DNA of 17,041 nucleotides from a virus (Duplodnaviria; Heunggongvirae; Uroviricota; Caudoviricetes): IMG/VR virus record IMGVR_UViG_643348547_000011; one strand, 5' to 3'. Shown piece by piece: positions 1 to 10,341 of this stretch (position 1 is its first letter; each line of letters starts with the position of its first letter). The notes under the pieces were generated by a model. It saw only the letters and a program-made list of their open reading frames with translations, ran no database searches and was not told where the DNA came from. The position numbers and the translations under genes were made by a program.

Positions 1-1209
1 ATGTCGGTTTTTCATAACTGGCTGCTTGATATCGCAAGCGGGAATTACTTTATCTACATCAAACGCCTTTCTGCAAACGACACTGGCGCAACAGGTGGCC
101 ATCAGGTCGGACTTTATATCCCCTCAAATATCGTTGAAAAGCTTTTTCCATCTATCAATCATACTCGCGAACTGAACCCTTCAGTCTTCCTTACTGCGCA
201 TGTATCATCCCATGATTGCCCTGATACCCAAGCACGCGCAATTTATTACAACAACCGTTATTTTGGTAAGACCCGAAACGAAAAAAGAATTACGCGCTGG
301 GGGAGAGGAAGTCCATTACAGAACCCTGAAAATACAGGAGCTCTCACAATTCTTGCTTTCAGGTTAAACGAACAGAACACTGACTGTTCCGAGGTAGATA
401 TATGGGTCTGCGTCAATCCCGATGAAGAGGATATCATCGAGTCTGCTATTGGCGAAATCATACCTGGAACCCTAATTTCCGGCCCTGCCGGACAAATTTT
501 GGGCGGATTATCTCTTCAGCAAACTCCAGTAAATCATAAATATGTTATTCCTGAAGACTGGAAGAAGCGTTTTCCTTCTGGAAACGAAATTATTCAATAT
601 GCTGCTGGCCATTATGCTAAAAACTCCAAGGATCCAGATGAGCAACTGATTGACCGTCGGCGTGTCGAGTATGATATTTTTCTACTCGTCGAGGAATTAC
701 ATGTTCTTGATATTATTAAGAAAGGATTCGATTCTGTAGATGAGTTTATTGCATTAGCCAACTCTGTCAGTAATCGACGTAAATCAAGGGCAGGCAAATC
801 ACTTGAACTTCACCTAGAGAAGCTTTTTATCGAGCACGGACTACGGCATTTCTCCACTCAGGCAGTTACTGAAGGTAATAAAAAACCAGATTTCCTGTTT
901 CCTTCAGCAGAGGCATATCATAACGTTGAATTTCCTGTAGAAAACTTACGTATGCTGGCAGTAAAGACCACCTGCAAAGATCGCTGGCGTCAGATACTGA
1001 ATGAAGCAGATAAAATCCATCAGGTACATTTATTTACACTGCAAGAAGGTGTTTCTTCAGCACAATACCGAGAAATGAAAGATGCGGGTGTCAGACTCGT
1101 TGTACCATCAACTTTACATAAAAAATACCCAGAAGCAGTTAGAGAAGAATTAATAACGCTCGGAGCATTCATTACTGAGCTGATAGAGCTTTACGCTGAA
1201 CTATCATAG
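1..1209 (+). CDS. Type IIE restriction endonuclease, EcoRII family (expected CCWGG specificity)
   Basis: 402-aa ORF from ATG at position 1 to TAG at 1207-1209. Length and N-terminal region (MSVFHNWLL...RLSANDTGATGGHQVGLYIP) match what I recall of the EcoRII endonuclease (about 400 aa). It is arranged tail-to-tail with a Dcm/M.EcoRII-family methylase, which is the known EcoRII layout. Identity is from memory, not a search. Confidence 0.75.
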   Translation: MSVFHNWLLDIASGNYFIYIKRLSANDTGATGGHQVGLYIPSNIVEKLFPSINHTRELNPSVFLTAHVSSHDCPDTQARAIYYNNRYFGKTRNEKRITRWGRGSPLQNPENTGALTILAFRLNEQNTDCSEVDIWVCVNPDEEDIIESAIGEIIPGTLISGPAGQILGGLSLQQTPVNHKYVIPEDWKKRFPSGNEIIQYAAGHYAKNSKDPDEQLIDRRRVEYDIFLLVEELHVLDIIKKGFDSVDEFIALANSVSNRRKSRAGKSLELHLEKLFIEHGLRHFSTQAVTEGNKKPDFLFPSAEAYHNVEFPVENLRMLAVKTTCKDRWRQILNEADKIHQVHLFTLQEGVSSAQYREMKDAGVRLVVPSTLHKKYPEAVREELITLGAFITELIELYAELS

Positions 1210-1214
1210 GCTGA

Positions 1215-1237
1215 CTCCCGGCTTAAAAGGCCGGGAG
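1215..1237. terminator. Hairpin between the convergent restriction and methylase genes (possible bidirectional terminator)
   Basis: CTCCCGGC (1215-1222) pairs with GCCGGGAG (1230-1237) around a 7-nt loop; it sits in the 34-bp gap between the two stop codons (1207-1209 and 1244-1246). No strong U-tract on either side. Confidence 0.45.
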
Positions 1238-1243
1238 GTGTTC

Positions 1244-2677
1244 TCAAGGCTGCCCAGTCTTACCAGCATCAGCAGAAACAGCTTTGAGGATATAGGGTTC
1301 CAGAAGTCTGGCAACAGCTTCAAATACTGGCACCACAACTGAGTTACCGAACTGCCGATATGACTGAGTATCTGAAACCGGAATACGGAATGGTTTCCCT
1401 CCAGGTTTTTCAAATCCCATAAGGCGTGCGCACTCTCGGGGAGTCAGCCTGCGTGGTCGACGAGCCTGATTACTCTCATTCATAAAGTCAGCCTCTCCCG
1501 TTGCCATATCCCAACCACGATCAATAAGAATTTCTGATCCGTCTTTGTGATATCTGGCAGAAAGTGTGCGTGCAATGCTTTCCTTATTCTCAGGATTGAC
1601 CAACCCAAAGCCAAAACCATTCCCCTTGGCTGCATGCTTTTTGGCGTAGTTATAAAGGTACTCCCATAGTTTTGGCGTAAGTATATATTTACTGTCGACT
1701 ACAGGCTCCAGCAATTCACCAAATGATGGGCGGTGTTCCGGATAAAAACGACTGATATCACGCAAGGTAAACCCCTTGTGAATATTCAGATCTCGTCTAA
1801 ATCCGACCAGAACAATGCGTTCACGATGCTGAGGCAAAAAATGCTTCCCATCGATAATCTTTGGATCGTTTTTTCCCATTTCTGCAGCATCGGCAACTTC
1901 GTAGCCCAGCTCGTCAAGGGTCTCCATAATGACTTTGAAAGTTTTACCCTTATCATGGCTCTTCAGATTTTTGACATTTTCCAGCACAAAAATTGCCGGT
2001 TTTTTTGCTCGTATAATACGTGCCACGTCAAAAAAAAGTGTTCCTTGTGCTTCACATTCAAAACCATGCGCACGGCCAAGTGAGTTTTTCTTACTAACAC
2101 CAGCAAGACTAAATGGCTGGCACGGGAACCCCGCAAGAAGCACATCATGATCCGGCACATGCTCATCAATATATGCATAAGCATCCGTTTCCAATACATC
2201 GGTTTTATCACTCAACGTGACTTCCCGAATATCGAGATTGAATTTATGCACCTGTTCATCGTTAAACCAGTTGGCCTTGTATGTACGCACAGCATCTTTA
2301 TTCCATTCACTGGTAAAAACACACTGGCCTCCAATAGCCTCAAAACCTTTTCGTATCCCTCCAATTCCAGCAAATAAGTCAATGAAGCGGAAAGCATATT
2401 CCGGATGGTTTGCAGGTGGTTCTGGTAGCATCTTACGCAGAAGAGACTCTTCTACTGACGTCAACGATTTTGGTAAACACTTGCCATTAATCCAGCGGTT
2501 AATGGTTTCACGGCTCCACTCATTTTTTCCGACTTTTCTCAGTAATTCAGCCACATACTTCTGATCATAGATTTCCAGCACTTTCTCGATAAGCTTTTTA
2601 TCATTTTCCTGTCGCAGCTTTTCTTCCGCCTCGGCTTCCTTCAGCAGATGCTGTGCCAACACTTCAAATTCAGACAT
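1244..2677 (-). CDS. DNA (cytosine-5) methyltransferase, Dcm/M.EcoRII family
   Basis: ORF track gives 1244..2719; I place the start at the internal ATG 2675-2677 (MSEFEVLAQ...), preceded by GGAGG at 2682-2686. C5-MTase motifs are present: [14 protein letters not shown] (AdoMet binding), [11 protein letters not shown] (catalytic Pro-Cys), [22 protein letters not shown] and [10 protein letters not shown]. The overall pattern is that of CCWGG-specific Dcm/M.EcoRII enzymes. Confidence 0.9.
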   Translation of the reverse strand: MSEFEVLAQHLLKEAEAEEKLRQENDKKLIEKVLEIYDQKYVAELLRKVGKNEWSRETINRWINGKCLPKSLTSVEESLLRKMLPEPPANHPEYAFRFIDLFAGIGGIRKGFEAIGGQCVFTSEWNKDAVRTYKANWFNDEQVHKFNLDIREVTLSDKTDVLETDAYAYIDEHVPDHDVLLAGFPCQPFSLAGVSKKNSLGRAHGFECEAQGTLFFDVARIIRAKKPAIFVLENVKNLKSHDKGKTFKVIMETLDELGYEVADAAEMGKNDPKIIDGKHFLPQHRERIVLVGFRRDLNIHKGFTLRDISRFYPEHRPSFGELLEPVVDSKYILTPKLWEYLYNYAKKHAAKGNGFGFGLVNPENKESIARTLSARYHKDGSEILIDRGWDMATGEADFMNESNQARRPRRLTPRECARLMGFEKPGGKPFRIPVSDTQSYRQFGNSVVVPVFEAVARLLEPYILKAVSADAGKTGQP

Positions 2678-2983
2678 AATTCCTCCAAGGGGTCTAATGG
2701 GTGAAACTCTATCACTCATTCAACCCAGAAGGAAATGTTTTGTCTGGATATTTAAACAGTGACTACAACGTAATCTAGCACTAGTGATGCTTTGTTAGGC
2801 ATAGAGAATCATTCTATATACGACTAATGACAGAAAAACAGCAGACAAGTAGTTTGCTCATAAATTAACGCATACTACGTGCCTACGGTTTTCGAGACCG
2901 GTCCAATCATCAAACGAAACATAAAATTAATTCACACTATGAGGAAAAGTATCTTTTTTTACTATGTAAATTCAAAGGATTAG

Positions 2984-3853
<870 letters not shown>

Positions 3854-3875
3854 GTCTTTAAGTGATAAGCATAAA

Positions 3876-3911
3876 CCGCAGCACGATCTTCTTGCATACG
3901 ACGTGCTACGG
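3876..3911. terminator. Imperfect hairpin between the convergent GIY-YIG gene and the invertase remnant
   Basis: CCGCAGCACG (3876-3885) pairs with CGTGCTACGG (3902-3911), 9 of 10 bp, around a 16-nt loop; followed on the + strand by TTTCATTTA. The long loop makes this weak. Confidence 0.3.
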
Positions 3912-3913
3912 TT

Positions 3914-4105
3914 TCATTTATCTCCGACCGGAAACTTCTTATACAGTGTCGATATACCAACATCATAGATGATCGCCACCTTCTGGCGAGGAACGCCTGA
4001 TGCAATTAATCGCCTGGCCTACACCCATTATTCAGGGGTAAATTTTGGACGGAGCCCCCAATTCCATCCTCAATTCTCCCTCGCACTGAGGAGTAGTAAG
4101 TGCAA
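3914..4105 (-). pseudogene. pin: C-terminal remnant of a Pin/Gin/Hin-family serine DNA invertase (HTH domain), with in-frame stops and no 5' half
   Basis: Minus-strand translation reads ...GWNWGLRPKFTPE*WV*ARRLIASGVPRQKVAIIYDVGISTLYKKFPVGDK*, with the stop at 3914-3916. The last ~30 residues match the C-terminal helix-turn-helix of Hin/Gin/Pin invertases (PRQ.VAII..G.STLY..FP). Two in-frame stops lie where I recall homologs having Gln. Homology ends near 4105, where the very AT-rich acyltransferase region begins. Confidence 0.7.
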
Positions 4106-4252
4106 TTATTTAAAAAATCGCAAACAGAATATTATTATTTATTCTTGCATTCTGTTAATTAAAACCACACATAAAAACGTTGATACTTGATAAGTAAGTA
4201 GAGTATTATTAATGGTTTTAATAACGAACCTTTTAATCATGAGAAGCCTCAA

Positions 4253-5278
4253 ATGACTAGTACCAATAACATAACAAGAAAAAAAATGGATGGAGTAACA
4301 ATCTTAAGATTTATAGCTGCTTTTTATGTGTTTATTTTTCACATTAACATGAGAGTCCCCGTTAATTTTGGAGAGCTTATTAATAAAACCATTAGCAATG
4401 GCGTCATTGGCATGAGTATTTTCTTCATGCTTTCTGGTTTTGTTTTGACTTATAATTACTATGGTTCCTTGTCAAACAATTACTTCAGGAAGCGAATAGC
4501 AAGAATATTTCCAGCCTATTTATTTTGTGGGCTTTTAACCCTCCCATTTTTGTTATCCAGCGATGCAAACTTTTTAAAAATGATTGCAAGCATATTCTTG
4601 TTTGTTACTGGAATGCAATCATGGATTTATCAGACCTTCGATTTTTGGAATTTTAGCGGTACCTGGTCAATATCAGTGGAATTGTTTTTTTATGCCCTAT
4701 TTCCATTTTTGATAAAAAACATCAACAAAAACAATGTAATTTATGTTTTACTTTTTTCATATTTATCTTCAGCATTATTAATCCCATTATCTGATATAAT
4801 TCAGGGACCTGTAGTTTGGTCCGTATATTACGCAACTCCAATATACAGGTTACCAGAATTTGTGGTGGGCGTCTGTATCGCAATACTTTTTTTAAATGGC
4901 TATCGTGTTAACCATTATACATGGCTATTAAGCATTTTATTATTTCTGTATGCTACCACCCAGCAAAACAATAACTCCATGGGGGTGAACTATCTCACAA
5001 TTCCTGCGATATCAATTATGTTATTGCACCTGGCAAAAATCAACATCAAAAACAATATTGTAAACAGAGCGATCATTTACTTTGGAGATATAAGTTATTC
5101 GTTTTATTTGATGCAATTACCTATATTATATTACCTTGATCATAATAAAAATTCATTTGTTCTTAACTATGGTCTTTTTAGCTGGCTTGTACTTTTTGTT
5201 ATTAATACTGCAATGGCATCATTATCTTATCACTTTCTGGAGAAGAACGATAAAATCAGAAAAATAATCACATCCTAA
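4253..5278 (+). CDS. Acyltransferase family 3 integral membrane protein (OafA/Oac-like O-acyltransferase)
   Basis: 341-aa ORF from ATG 4253-4255 to TAA 5276-5278. Strongly hydrophobic multi-pass protein with acyltransferase-3 hallmarks near the N-terminus (ILRFIAAFYVFIFH, IFFMLSGFVL, RIARIFPAY). Much more AT-rich by eye than its neighbours. Start could instead be Met12 (4286). Confidence 0.75.
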   Translation: MTSTNNITRKKMDGVTILRFIAAFYVFIFHINMRVPVNFGELINKTISNGVIGMSIFFMLSGFVLTYNYYGSLSNNYFRKRIARIFPAYLFCGLLTLPFLLSSDANFLKMIASIFLFVTGMQSWIYQTFDFWNFSGTWSISVELFFYALFPFLIKNINKNNVIYVLLFSYLSSALLIPLSDIIQGPVVWSVYYATPIYRLPEFVVGVCIAILFLNGYRVNHYTWLLSILLFLYATTQQNNNSMGVNYLTIPAISIMLLHLAKINIKNNIVNRAIIYFGDISYSFYLMQLPILYYLDHNKNSFVLNYGLFSWLVLFVINTAMASLSYHFLEKNDKIRKIITS

Positions 5279-5280
5279 TT

Positions 5281-5304
5281 TATTAGGGGGGCCTCCCCCT
5301 AATA
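5281..5304. terminator. Perfect 10-bp hairpin between the convergent acyltransferase and tfa genes
   Basis: TATTAGGGGG (5281-5290), loop GCCT, CCCCCTAATA (5295-5304); it lies between the stop codons at 5276-5278 (+) and 5320-5322 (-). Confidence 0.5.
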
Positions 5305-5319
5305 ATACACCACATAATT

Positions 5320-5715
5320 TCAACGTATTATCTCTGGCCTTTCAGGCCAGGTTATTTCTGGCACTAAAGATAAATCCACTGACATTAAACTATTAACATA
5401 TTCCTTCCATAATAAAAGATTGCCCTTGTTATTTTCACTTATAATACCGAGTAACAAATCTGACTGCCAGTTCATAATTAAACTATTAGCACTATCCAGC
5501 AGACACTGTCTTTCATTCTCTGCCTCACGAAGTAATTCATCATGTGTTTTTGGCGGCTGCGTAGGTGACGAAAGCTTTCCCTTATCATAGAACCAACCAA
5601 TTCTTACATTATCGGATACAGGTATAACTAACGCATTAGTTGGTTGCCAGGCACTCTCACCATCCCATACAGCAATATTGGTAACAACACCATTTTCTAT
5701 AACGGCATAGTTCAT
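5320..5715 (-). CDS. tfa: Tail fibre assembly protein (Tfa/U-type chaperone)
   Basis: ORF track 5320..5730; I prefer the ATG at 5713-5715 (MNYAVIENG...), which overlaps the upstream tail-fibre stop (TGATG) and has GGGAG 8 nt upstream. The C-terminal region (LLLWKEYVNSLMSVDLSLVPEITWPERP) matches the conserved C-terminus of lambda/Mu/P2-type Tfa proteins (WKKYRVLLNRVD...PDIEWP). Confidence 0.75.
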   Translation of the reverse strand: MNYAVIENGVVTNIAVWDGESAWQPTNALVIPVSDNVRIGWFYDKGKLSSPTQPPKTHDELLREAENERQCLLDSANSLIMNWQSDLLLGIISENNKGNLLLWKEYVNSLMSVDLSLVPEITWPERPEIIR

Positions 5716-6665
5716 CACGCATACTCCCAAATGATTGCAATACCAGCCATTCCGCTACCTCCGGCACGCTGCTGCGTCGCTCCACCGTAGACACAGGCAC
5801 CACCGCCTCCACCACCATGGCCATTAGCATTAATACCTTCGCCTACAATGGCTTGTGACCCAGCCCCCGCACCAAGGATTGAATCGCCGCCAGGCCCCCC
5901 CATCGCCAGACTGCCGGAATACCGAACGCCTGGTGAGCTATAACCGCTTCCAGACCCGATAATATTGGCACCTGTAAATCCCGGCTCAGTATATGCTCCA
6001 TACGGACCAACAACCCCAGGAGCAGTGCCTTCAGCAAGAACATTCCCACCAAGACCACCTTTGGCAATTATGGTATTGCCGAAAGAGGTTGCTCCCCCGG
6101 GAGCACCAACCGACGCACTTGCACCAGTGCCACCATATCCTATTGTCACAGTAGTTACGGTTGGATTATCCACGCGAGCTTTAACATACTCCCCAGACAT
6201 CCCCCCGCCACCACAAGCAGCATTATTGGGATAACCGACCTGACAACCACCACCGGCCCCACCACCACCAACAATTTCAACAATAATAAATCTTGTGCCT
6301 TTTGTCGGAGTGTATGTACCTGAGCTTTTAAACACCTGACACTGTATAAGCCTCCCGGAGCCATCTCCCAAACCAAGATTTTCGAGAGCCGTTTTCACCG
6401 TGCCGTCCGATTTGATATCACCAAACGGATTCTTGCGGCTTAACAGCAGCGCACGAAGCGCGGTAAGCAACTGGTCGTGCCGCTCCTTCTCCAGGCTGGC
6501 ACCGGAGGCCTCCACCACGCTGCAAAGTTCTTCCTGCAACATGTCAAAGTAGTCATCATCCAAATCGGTGGCAGGTGTGCCGGTCTGGGGGTTACCACGG
6601 GTAAAACCGTTCTTACCCGCGCCGAACTTATCCTTCTGCGCGGTTTTCGTGTCTATACGATGCAT
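5715..6665 (-). CDS. stf: Side tail fibre protein (e14 StfP-like N-terminus, glycine-rich distal part)
   Basis: 316-aa ORF with GGAG 6 nt upstream of the ATG at 6663-6665. The N-terminal ~95 aa ([47 protein letters not shown]...) is the conserved constant part of e14/Mu-type fibres as I recall it; the rest is Gly-rich fibre sequence. Followed immediately by tfa. Confidence 0.8.
   Translation of the reverse strand: MHRIDTKTAQKDKFGAGKNGFTRGNPQTGTPATDLDDDYFDMLQEELCSVVEASGASLEKERHDQLLTALRALLLSRKNPFGDIKSDGTVKTALENLGLGDGSGRLIQCQVFKSSGTYTPTKGTRFIIVEIVGGGGAGGGCQVGYPNNAACGGGGMSGEYVKARVDNPTVTTVTIGYGGTGASASVGAPGGATSFGNTIIAKGGLGGNVLAEGTAPGVVGPYGAYTEPGFTGANIIGSGSGYSSPGVRYSGSLAMGGPGGDSILGAGAGSQAIVGEGINANGHGGGGGGACVYGGATQQRAGGSGMAGIAIIWEYA
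6363..6388. other. Hin/Gin/Cin/Pin-type 26-bp inversion crossover site inside the tail fibre gene
   Basis: ATCTCCCAAACC-AA-GATTTTCGAGAG: both 12-bp half-sites approximate the Hin-family half-site TTnTCnnAAACC (about 10-11 of 12) around a 2-bp AA core, the same core as hixL. It falls at fibre codons ~93-101 ([10 protein letters not shown]), the constant/variable junction where Mu, P1 and e14 carry their crossover sites. Confidence 0.5.
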
Positions 6666-6668
6666 GGA

Positions 6669-7253
6669 TTACTCCGGATATTTAAAAATTACGTAGGTAT
6701 GCGACGGGCAGAGTTTGTTAAGCACACACTCGACAACGGTGTCACCCCAGATACGCAGTGCGGAATCACAGGGATCGCCACATGTCATCCAGGTGGTGTT
6801 GGTGGTGGTTGGCATGTTGACCTGCCAGTAATACCGCCATTCCGGCGCATTCACCGCGTCAGTACAGGCCGATGAGCAGGTGAACGTGCTTTTGTCGTAT
6901 CGCGTGATGGTGGCATCTGGTCTGCCCAGGGCAGCAAGCTGTGCAAGATAAAAATCCTCGTTGATGCCACCCGCCAGGTTAACCTTCGCATCCAGCCGTT
7001 GCTGACGCTGGCGAAGGGTCTGTGTCCCTGCGGGAATACATTCATCCGGCAGGCCGCACAGACGCTCCCAGCGATTTATCAGTTCGGTGGTGGTGCGCGG
7101 ATCCAGCTCCCGCATCAGGGCATCCGCACGCTGATGAACACGAGTTAATGACGGTGCCGCACCGGCAATCGCCGGATCGCTGGCTGACCACGCCGGACCG
7201 GGCGGCAGCAGCGCCGACAACAGACGGATGTAATCATCGTTTGTCACGTCCAT
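6669..7253 (-). CDS. Phage tail protein, DUF2313 / YmfQ-like (Mu gp48-like)
   Basis: 194-aa ORF ([23 protein letters not shown]...), the same length and N-terminal character as e14 YmfQ; it sits between the baseplate J-like gene and the tail fibre, as in e14 and Mu. Confidence 0.75.
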   Translation of the reverse strand: MDVTNDDYIRLLSALLPPGPAWSASDPAIAGAAPSLTRVHQRADALMRELDPRTTTELINRWERLCGLPDECIPAGTQTLRQRQQRLDAKVNLAGGINEDFYLAQLAALGRPDATITRYDKSTFTCSSACTDAVNAPEWRYYWQVNMPTTTNTTWMTCGDPCDSALRIWGDTVVECVLNKLCPSHTYVIFKYPE

Positions 7254-8302
7254 GAAATCGTCCCCAGAACTGCCAGCTCATTTTTTGCAATGGAGATATT
7301 GTCCGCTGGTGCAAGCAACTGATGGCTGTATTCCCCGTTCGCACCGGAAATCGCTTCACTGATACGCGACACCTTCAGTTCTCCCTGCGGATAACCATCA
7401 CGCAGCAGGAACGAACGCAACTCGGCGGTGATGGCAGCCCGTATTTCCGGTGTGTCCGGCGTCACACGGATATGAAAATCCACCGTATGTGCCACCGGCC
7501 TGAACACATACAAATCAGAGCCTGCCACCGGGGCCAGTGGCTCGATATGTTGTCTTGCCGCCGTTTCCGTTGATTCTTCCGGAATGGGATTAATCAGGTC
7601 ACTGCTGGCAATCATCACACCGACAGTTCCCGTTCCCATCCAGTGACGGTATGTCCATGCGCGGGTAATGCCGGGCACTTCTTTAGCCCAGACGACATAG
7701 TCCCCGTCAGCCCCGCCCTGCGGCGTCCAGTAATACCGCTCAATGACGCGGGCGCGCCACGTTTCCAGATCTTCAGTATCGAATCCGCCAGTCAGGGTAT
7801 CTGCAACACCGGAAGACGGCAGACCATTCACCGGCGTGACCAGGATTAATGCCGTACCGTCGTCAGCGTTACCGACCGCGCCTGTAGTTGAGCAAGTGAT
7901 CGGCACACGCAGGACACCACCGGCGCTGGTTGCATCGGCAGTTGCCGTGTACTGAACCAGGTCATCGCGCTGAATCACGCTCCCGGCAGTCACCTTCAGG
8001 CCATCGCTGACACCTTCCCAGCGCATATACCCGCTGGCAGCCGTGGCCCCCTTGCGCGGACACCGTTTCATCGCAGCATGTCGCGCCAGCCAGGACTCAT
8101 CGCACAGGTCAGGCAGCATATTCATTGCCAGATAATCGATGTACCCGTAAACCGTATGCAGCGCTGCCGCATACACCTTTGCCCGCACGTCTTCATCCAT
8201 GCGCCGGAGCGTGTCGCTGACGTCCAGCCTGGCGAATAAATCGTTACGGAGCATACTGATATTTTCTGCCAGCGTCGGGCGCTGAAATTCACTGTCCGCC
8301 AT
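7244..8302 (-). CDS. Baseplate J-like protein (Mu gp47 / e14 JayE-like)
   Basis: 352-aa ORF with 10-bp and 14-bp overlaps to its neighbours, typical of coupled phage structural genes; size and position match baseplate J family proteins. Confidence 0.75.
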   Translation of the reverse strand: MADSEFQRPTLAENISMLRNDLFARLDVSDTLRRMDEDVRAKVYAAALHTVYGYIDYLAMNMLPDLCDESWLARHAAMKRCPRKGATAASGYMRWEGVSDGLKVTAGSVIQRDDLVQYTATADATSAGGVLRVPITCSTTGAVGNADDGTALILVTPVNGLPSSGVADTLTGGFDTEDLETWRARVIERYYWTPQGGADGDYVVWAKEVPGITRAWTYRHWMGTGTVGVMIASSDLINPIPEESTETAARQHIEPLAPVAGSDLYVFRPVAHTVDFHIRVTPDTPEIRAAITAELRSFLLRDGYPQGELKVSRISEAISGANGEYSHQLLAPADNISIAKNELAVLGTISWT

Positions 8303-8714
8303 GCGTTATCGCACTCCACAGATCATCAAAAGAAATCATTACCGGTCCGTCACGACGCCAGAGAGTGATACTGTTACCCAGTTCATTAATCCCGGTGCGG
8401 CGGATATCCAGATCAATACGGGACACCACGCCGTCATCAATCATCCATTGCAGGCATTCGCGGATATACCCCCTTACCGTCTGCACCAGCTGATTGGTCA
8501 GTTTGCTGCGCTGAAGCAGCCACAGTCGGGAGCCGTAACGGTCATTCTGTACCGCAGGCCAGGTATCCCCCCACCATCCCATCGGGACGTCGGCGTTGTC
8601 ATCAGGCTCCGCCCGCCGCCAGGTAAACAGGGAAATCACCACGGCGCGGGTCAGCGGATCCAGCGGTGCGCTGGCGCAGGTGCGTTTACCGTTCACCGTC
8701 AGCCACAGTTCCAT
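8289..8714 (-). CDS. Phage GP46-family baseplate protein (Mu gp46-like)
   Basis: ~141-aa ORF (MELWLTVNGKR...). The start ATG at 8712-8714 overlaps the stop of the upstream V-like gene, with GGAGG just upstream; the alternative start is 8717. Small protein between the V-like and J-like genes, as in Mu-type baseplate clusters. Confidence 0.7.
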   Translation of the reverse strand: MELWLTVNGKRTCASAPLDPLTRAVVISLFTWRRAEPDDNADVPMGWWGDTWPAVQNDRYGSRLWLLQRSKLTNQLVQTVRGYIRECLQWMIDDGVVSRIDLDIRRTGINELGNSITLWRRDGPVMISFDDLWSAITHGGQ

Positions 8715-9262
8715 CATGCCTCCATCGCTTTATCAGGTTTGTCGGTGTTACTGCCCTGACCGTTCTCTCTGTGACGATGCCCGTTATAGGCAAGCCGCAT
8801 CGCTGACATGGTAGTGCCGCCGGAGTCGCACAGGTCTTTCACCTGTCCGGTCACTTCAAGGTCCATTTCAAAACGTGCTCTGGGCGCATTGCGAAACGTG
8901 ATCGTTTTACCTGCACCGTCCACCACGATCCCCTCCCGGGTCAGCATCACAGACTGCCCCTGATCGTCATAGACAGCCACCTCACCCGTCTGCAGCCCTT
9001 TCAGGCGGTAGCGCCGGTCCGACACCGTAACAACCACCGCATGAGAACGGTCGCCATCCGGAAACAACACCACCGCTTCCGCACCGCTGTTTGCCCTTGC
9101 GGTAAAACCGTAGGGTTCAAGATGTTCAACCCCGGCTTTGGGTTCACCGGCAATCAGGGACACATCCACGGTCTGACATTTCGTGGCGGCACTGATGCTT
9201 TTCACCACGGCCCGCCCAATCAGGCCGAGGAGTTGTCGCTGCATGGCTTCAATCGCCCTCAT
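8714..9262 (-). CDS. Baseplate assembly protein V / spike (Mu gp45-like)
   Basis: 182-aa ORF whose start overlaps the upstream gene stop (ATGA); position and size match gpV-like baseplate spike proteins in Mu/e14 modules. Confidence 0.7.
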   Translation of the reverse strand: MRAIEAMQRQLLGLIGRAVVKSISAATKCQTVDVSLIAGEPKAGVEHLEPYGFTARANSGAEAVVLFPDGDRSHAVVVTVSDRRYRLKGLQTGEVAVYDDQGQSVMLTREGIVVDGAGKTITFRNAPRARFEMDLEVTGQVKDLCDSGGTTMSAMRLAYNGHRHRENGQGSNTDKPDKAMEA

Positions 9263-10341
9263 CAGAACGGGTCCTCCTGTACTCTGGCTTTTTTCTTTTT
9301 CCGCGCGCCGGGATCTTCGGGTTCAGGCAGATAAGCATCAGGCGGGCCGACACGGATTTCCGTCAGGGTGCCGTTCTGGTCCTGAGTAAACGTGACTTCC
9401 GAAACAAGCAGTTCGGTATTGTCGAAACCACAGACCGGATCGAAGACAATCACCCGCTGGTTGGGCTGCCACAGCGTACCGTTACCCTGTCGCCAGCCCT
9501 GCACCACATAGGTGGTTTCATCCGTCCGCGCCGCCCGTTGCCGGGCTTCAAAGTCAGCACGCGCAATACAGCCAGCCCCCGTGGCCTGCCCTGTCTGCCT
9601 GATATACATCGGACGGTAACGGGCAATAAATGCGTCCTCTGTGCGTGCCCGCAGCGCGGTGGTAGTGGCCTCACCGAAATCATCGTCGTTTCCGGCACGC
9701 TGCCCCGCCACCTGGTAAACAGAAAACCGCTCCCGGATACTCTTCTCCGTATCACAGGAAAGGATGTTTTCCCCAAGTACCAGCGCGGTATGTGCACGCG
9801 TTGAGCCAATACCGCCAATCACCAGCCTGCCGTGCGGGTCGTCGTAAGCCAGCGCCTGCTGCTGACCGAGTATTTTGTTGATCACCTCAATCACCGTTTC
9901 ACCGTGATCAGGCTGGACATCAGGAATAACACCCGACGGCGCACCGCTGTTCACCACCTCAATGCCGAAAGGCGCAGCAAGCGCCTGCGCAATCTGTACC
10001 AGCGATCGTCCGTTAAACTGTGTCGGTTCGGCTGCACAGTCAATCAGGTCAGCGGTCAGACTACGTCCGGCAATACCGGTGCTGACCGAACGGGCATCGT
10101 AACGAACGGGCGTCGCCTCCACCCAGCCGGTGATCACCAGCTCATCACCAATCAGCACTTCCACTTTTGAACCGTTTTTAATGCGCGGCTGAAGCGTGGT
10201 AATACCCTCATTTCCCGGCCACTGGCGGGTGATCTCCACACTGAAATCCCGCGCCAGTCGTTCAACACCGGCACCGATGCGCACCGATGTCCAGCCATTC
10301 CACTCCCGGTCATTTACCCGTAGCGTGACGTTATCGTTCAT
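9262..10341 (-). CDS. Phage late control D-like tail/baseplate hub protein (Mu gp44-like)
   Basis: 359-aa ORF with ATGA overlaps on both sides; size and position (after the DNA-circulation gene, before V) match the gpD/gp44 family. Confidence 0.7.
   Translation of the reverse strand: MNDNVTLRVNDREWNGWTSVRIGAGVERLARDFSVEITRQWPGNEGITTLQPRIKNGSKVEVLIGDELVITGWVEATPVRYDARSVSTGIAGRSLTADLIDCAAEPTQFNGRSLVQIAQALAAPFGIEVVNSGAPSGVIPDVQPDHGETVIEVINKILGQQQALAYDDPHGRLVIGGIGSTRAHTALVLGENILSCDTEKSIRERFSVYQVAGQRAGNDDDFGEATTTALRARTEDAFIARYRPMYIRQTGQATGAGCIARADFEARQRAARTDETTYVVQGWRQGNGTLWQPNQRVIVFDPVCGFDNTELLVSEVTFTQDQNGTLTEIRVGPPDAYLPEPEDPGARKKKKARVQEDPF

Noticed and set aside
1733-2564. Several 60-116 aa ORFs on both strands inside the methylase gene (1733..2083, 1929..2150, 1963..2211, 2147..2377, 2212..2397, 2217..2564)
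   Set aside because: They lie fully within a well-supported CDS with conserved C5-MTase motifs, have no recognisable domains and are explained as out-of-frame or antisense reading frames.
2678-2719. 14-codon N-terminal extension of the methylase ORF ([14 protein letters not shown])
   Set aside because: The GGAGG ribosome-binding site lies inside this extension, immediately upstream of the second ATG, so the shorter start is preferred.
4155-4180. Weak Hin-like half-site (TTAATTAAAACC) upstream of the acyltransferase
   Set aside because: Only one half-site resembles the consensus, the region is extremely AT-rich so chance matches are expected, and the position is wrong relative to the invertase remnant.
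3969-4190. 73-aa plus-strand ORF
   Set aside because: It is antisense to the invertase remnant and runs into AT-rich intergenic DNA, with no domain or translation signals.
5843-6376. Overlapping ORFs on both strands inside the tail fibre gene (5843..6067, 5965..6234, 6155..6376)
   Set aside because: They are by-products of the GC-rich, Gly-codon-rich repetitive fibre sequence; the fibre frame has the conserved N-terminus and translational coupling.
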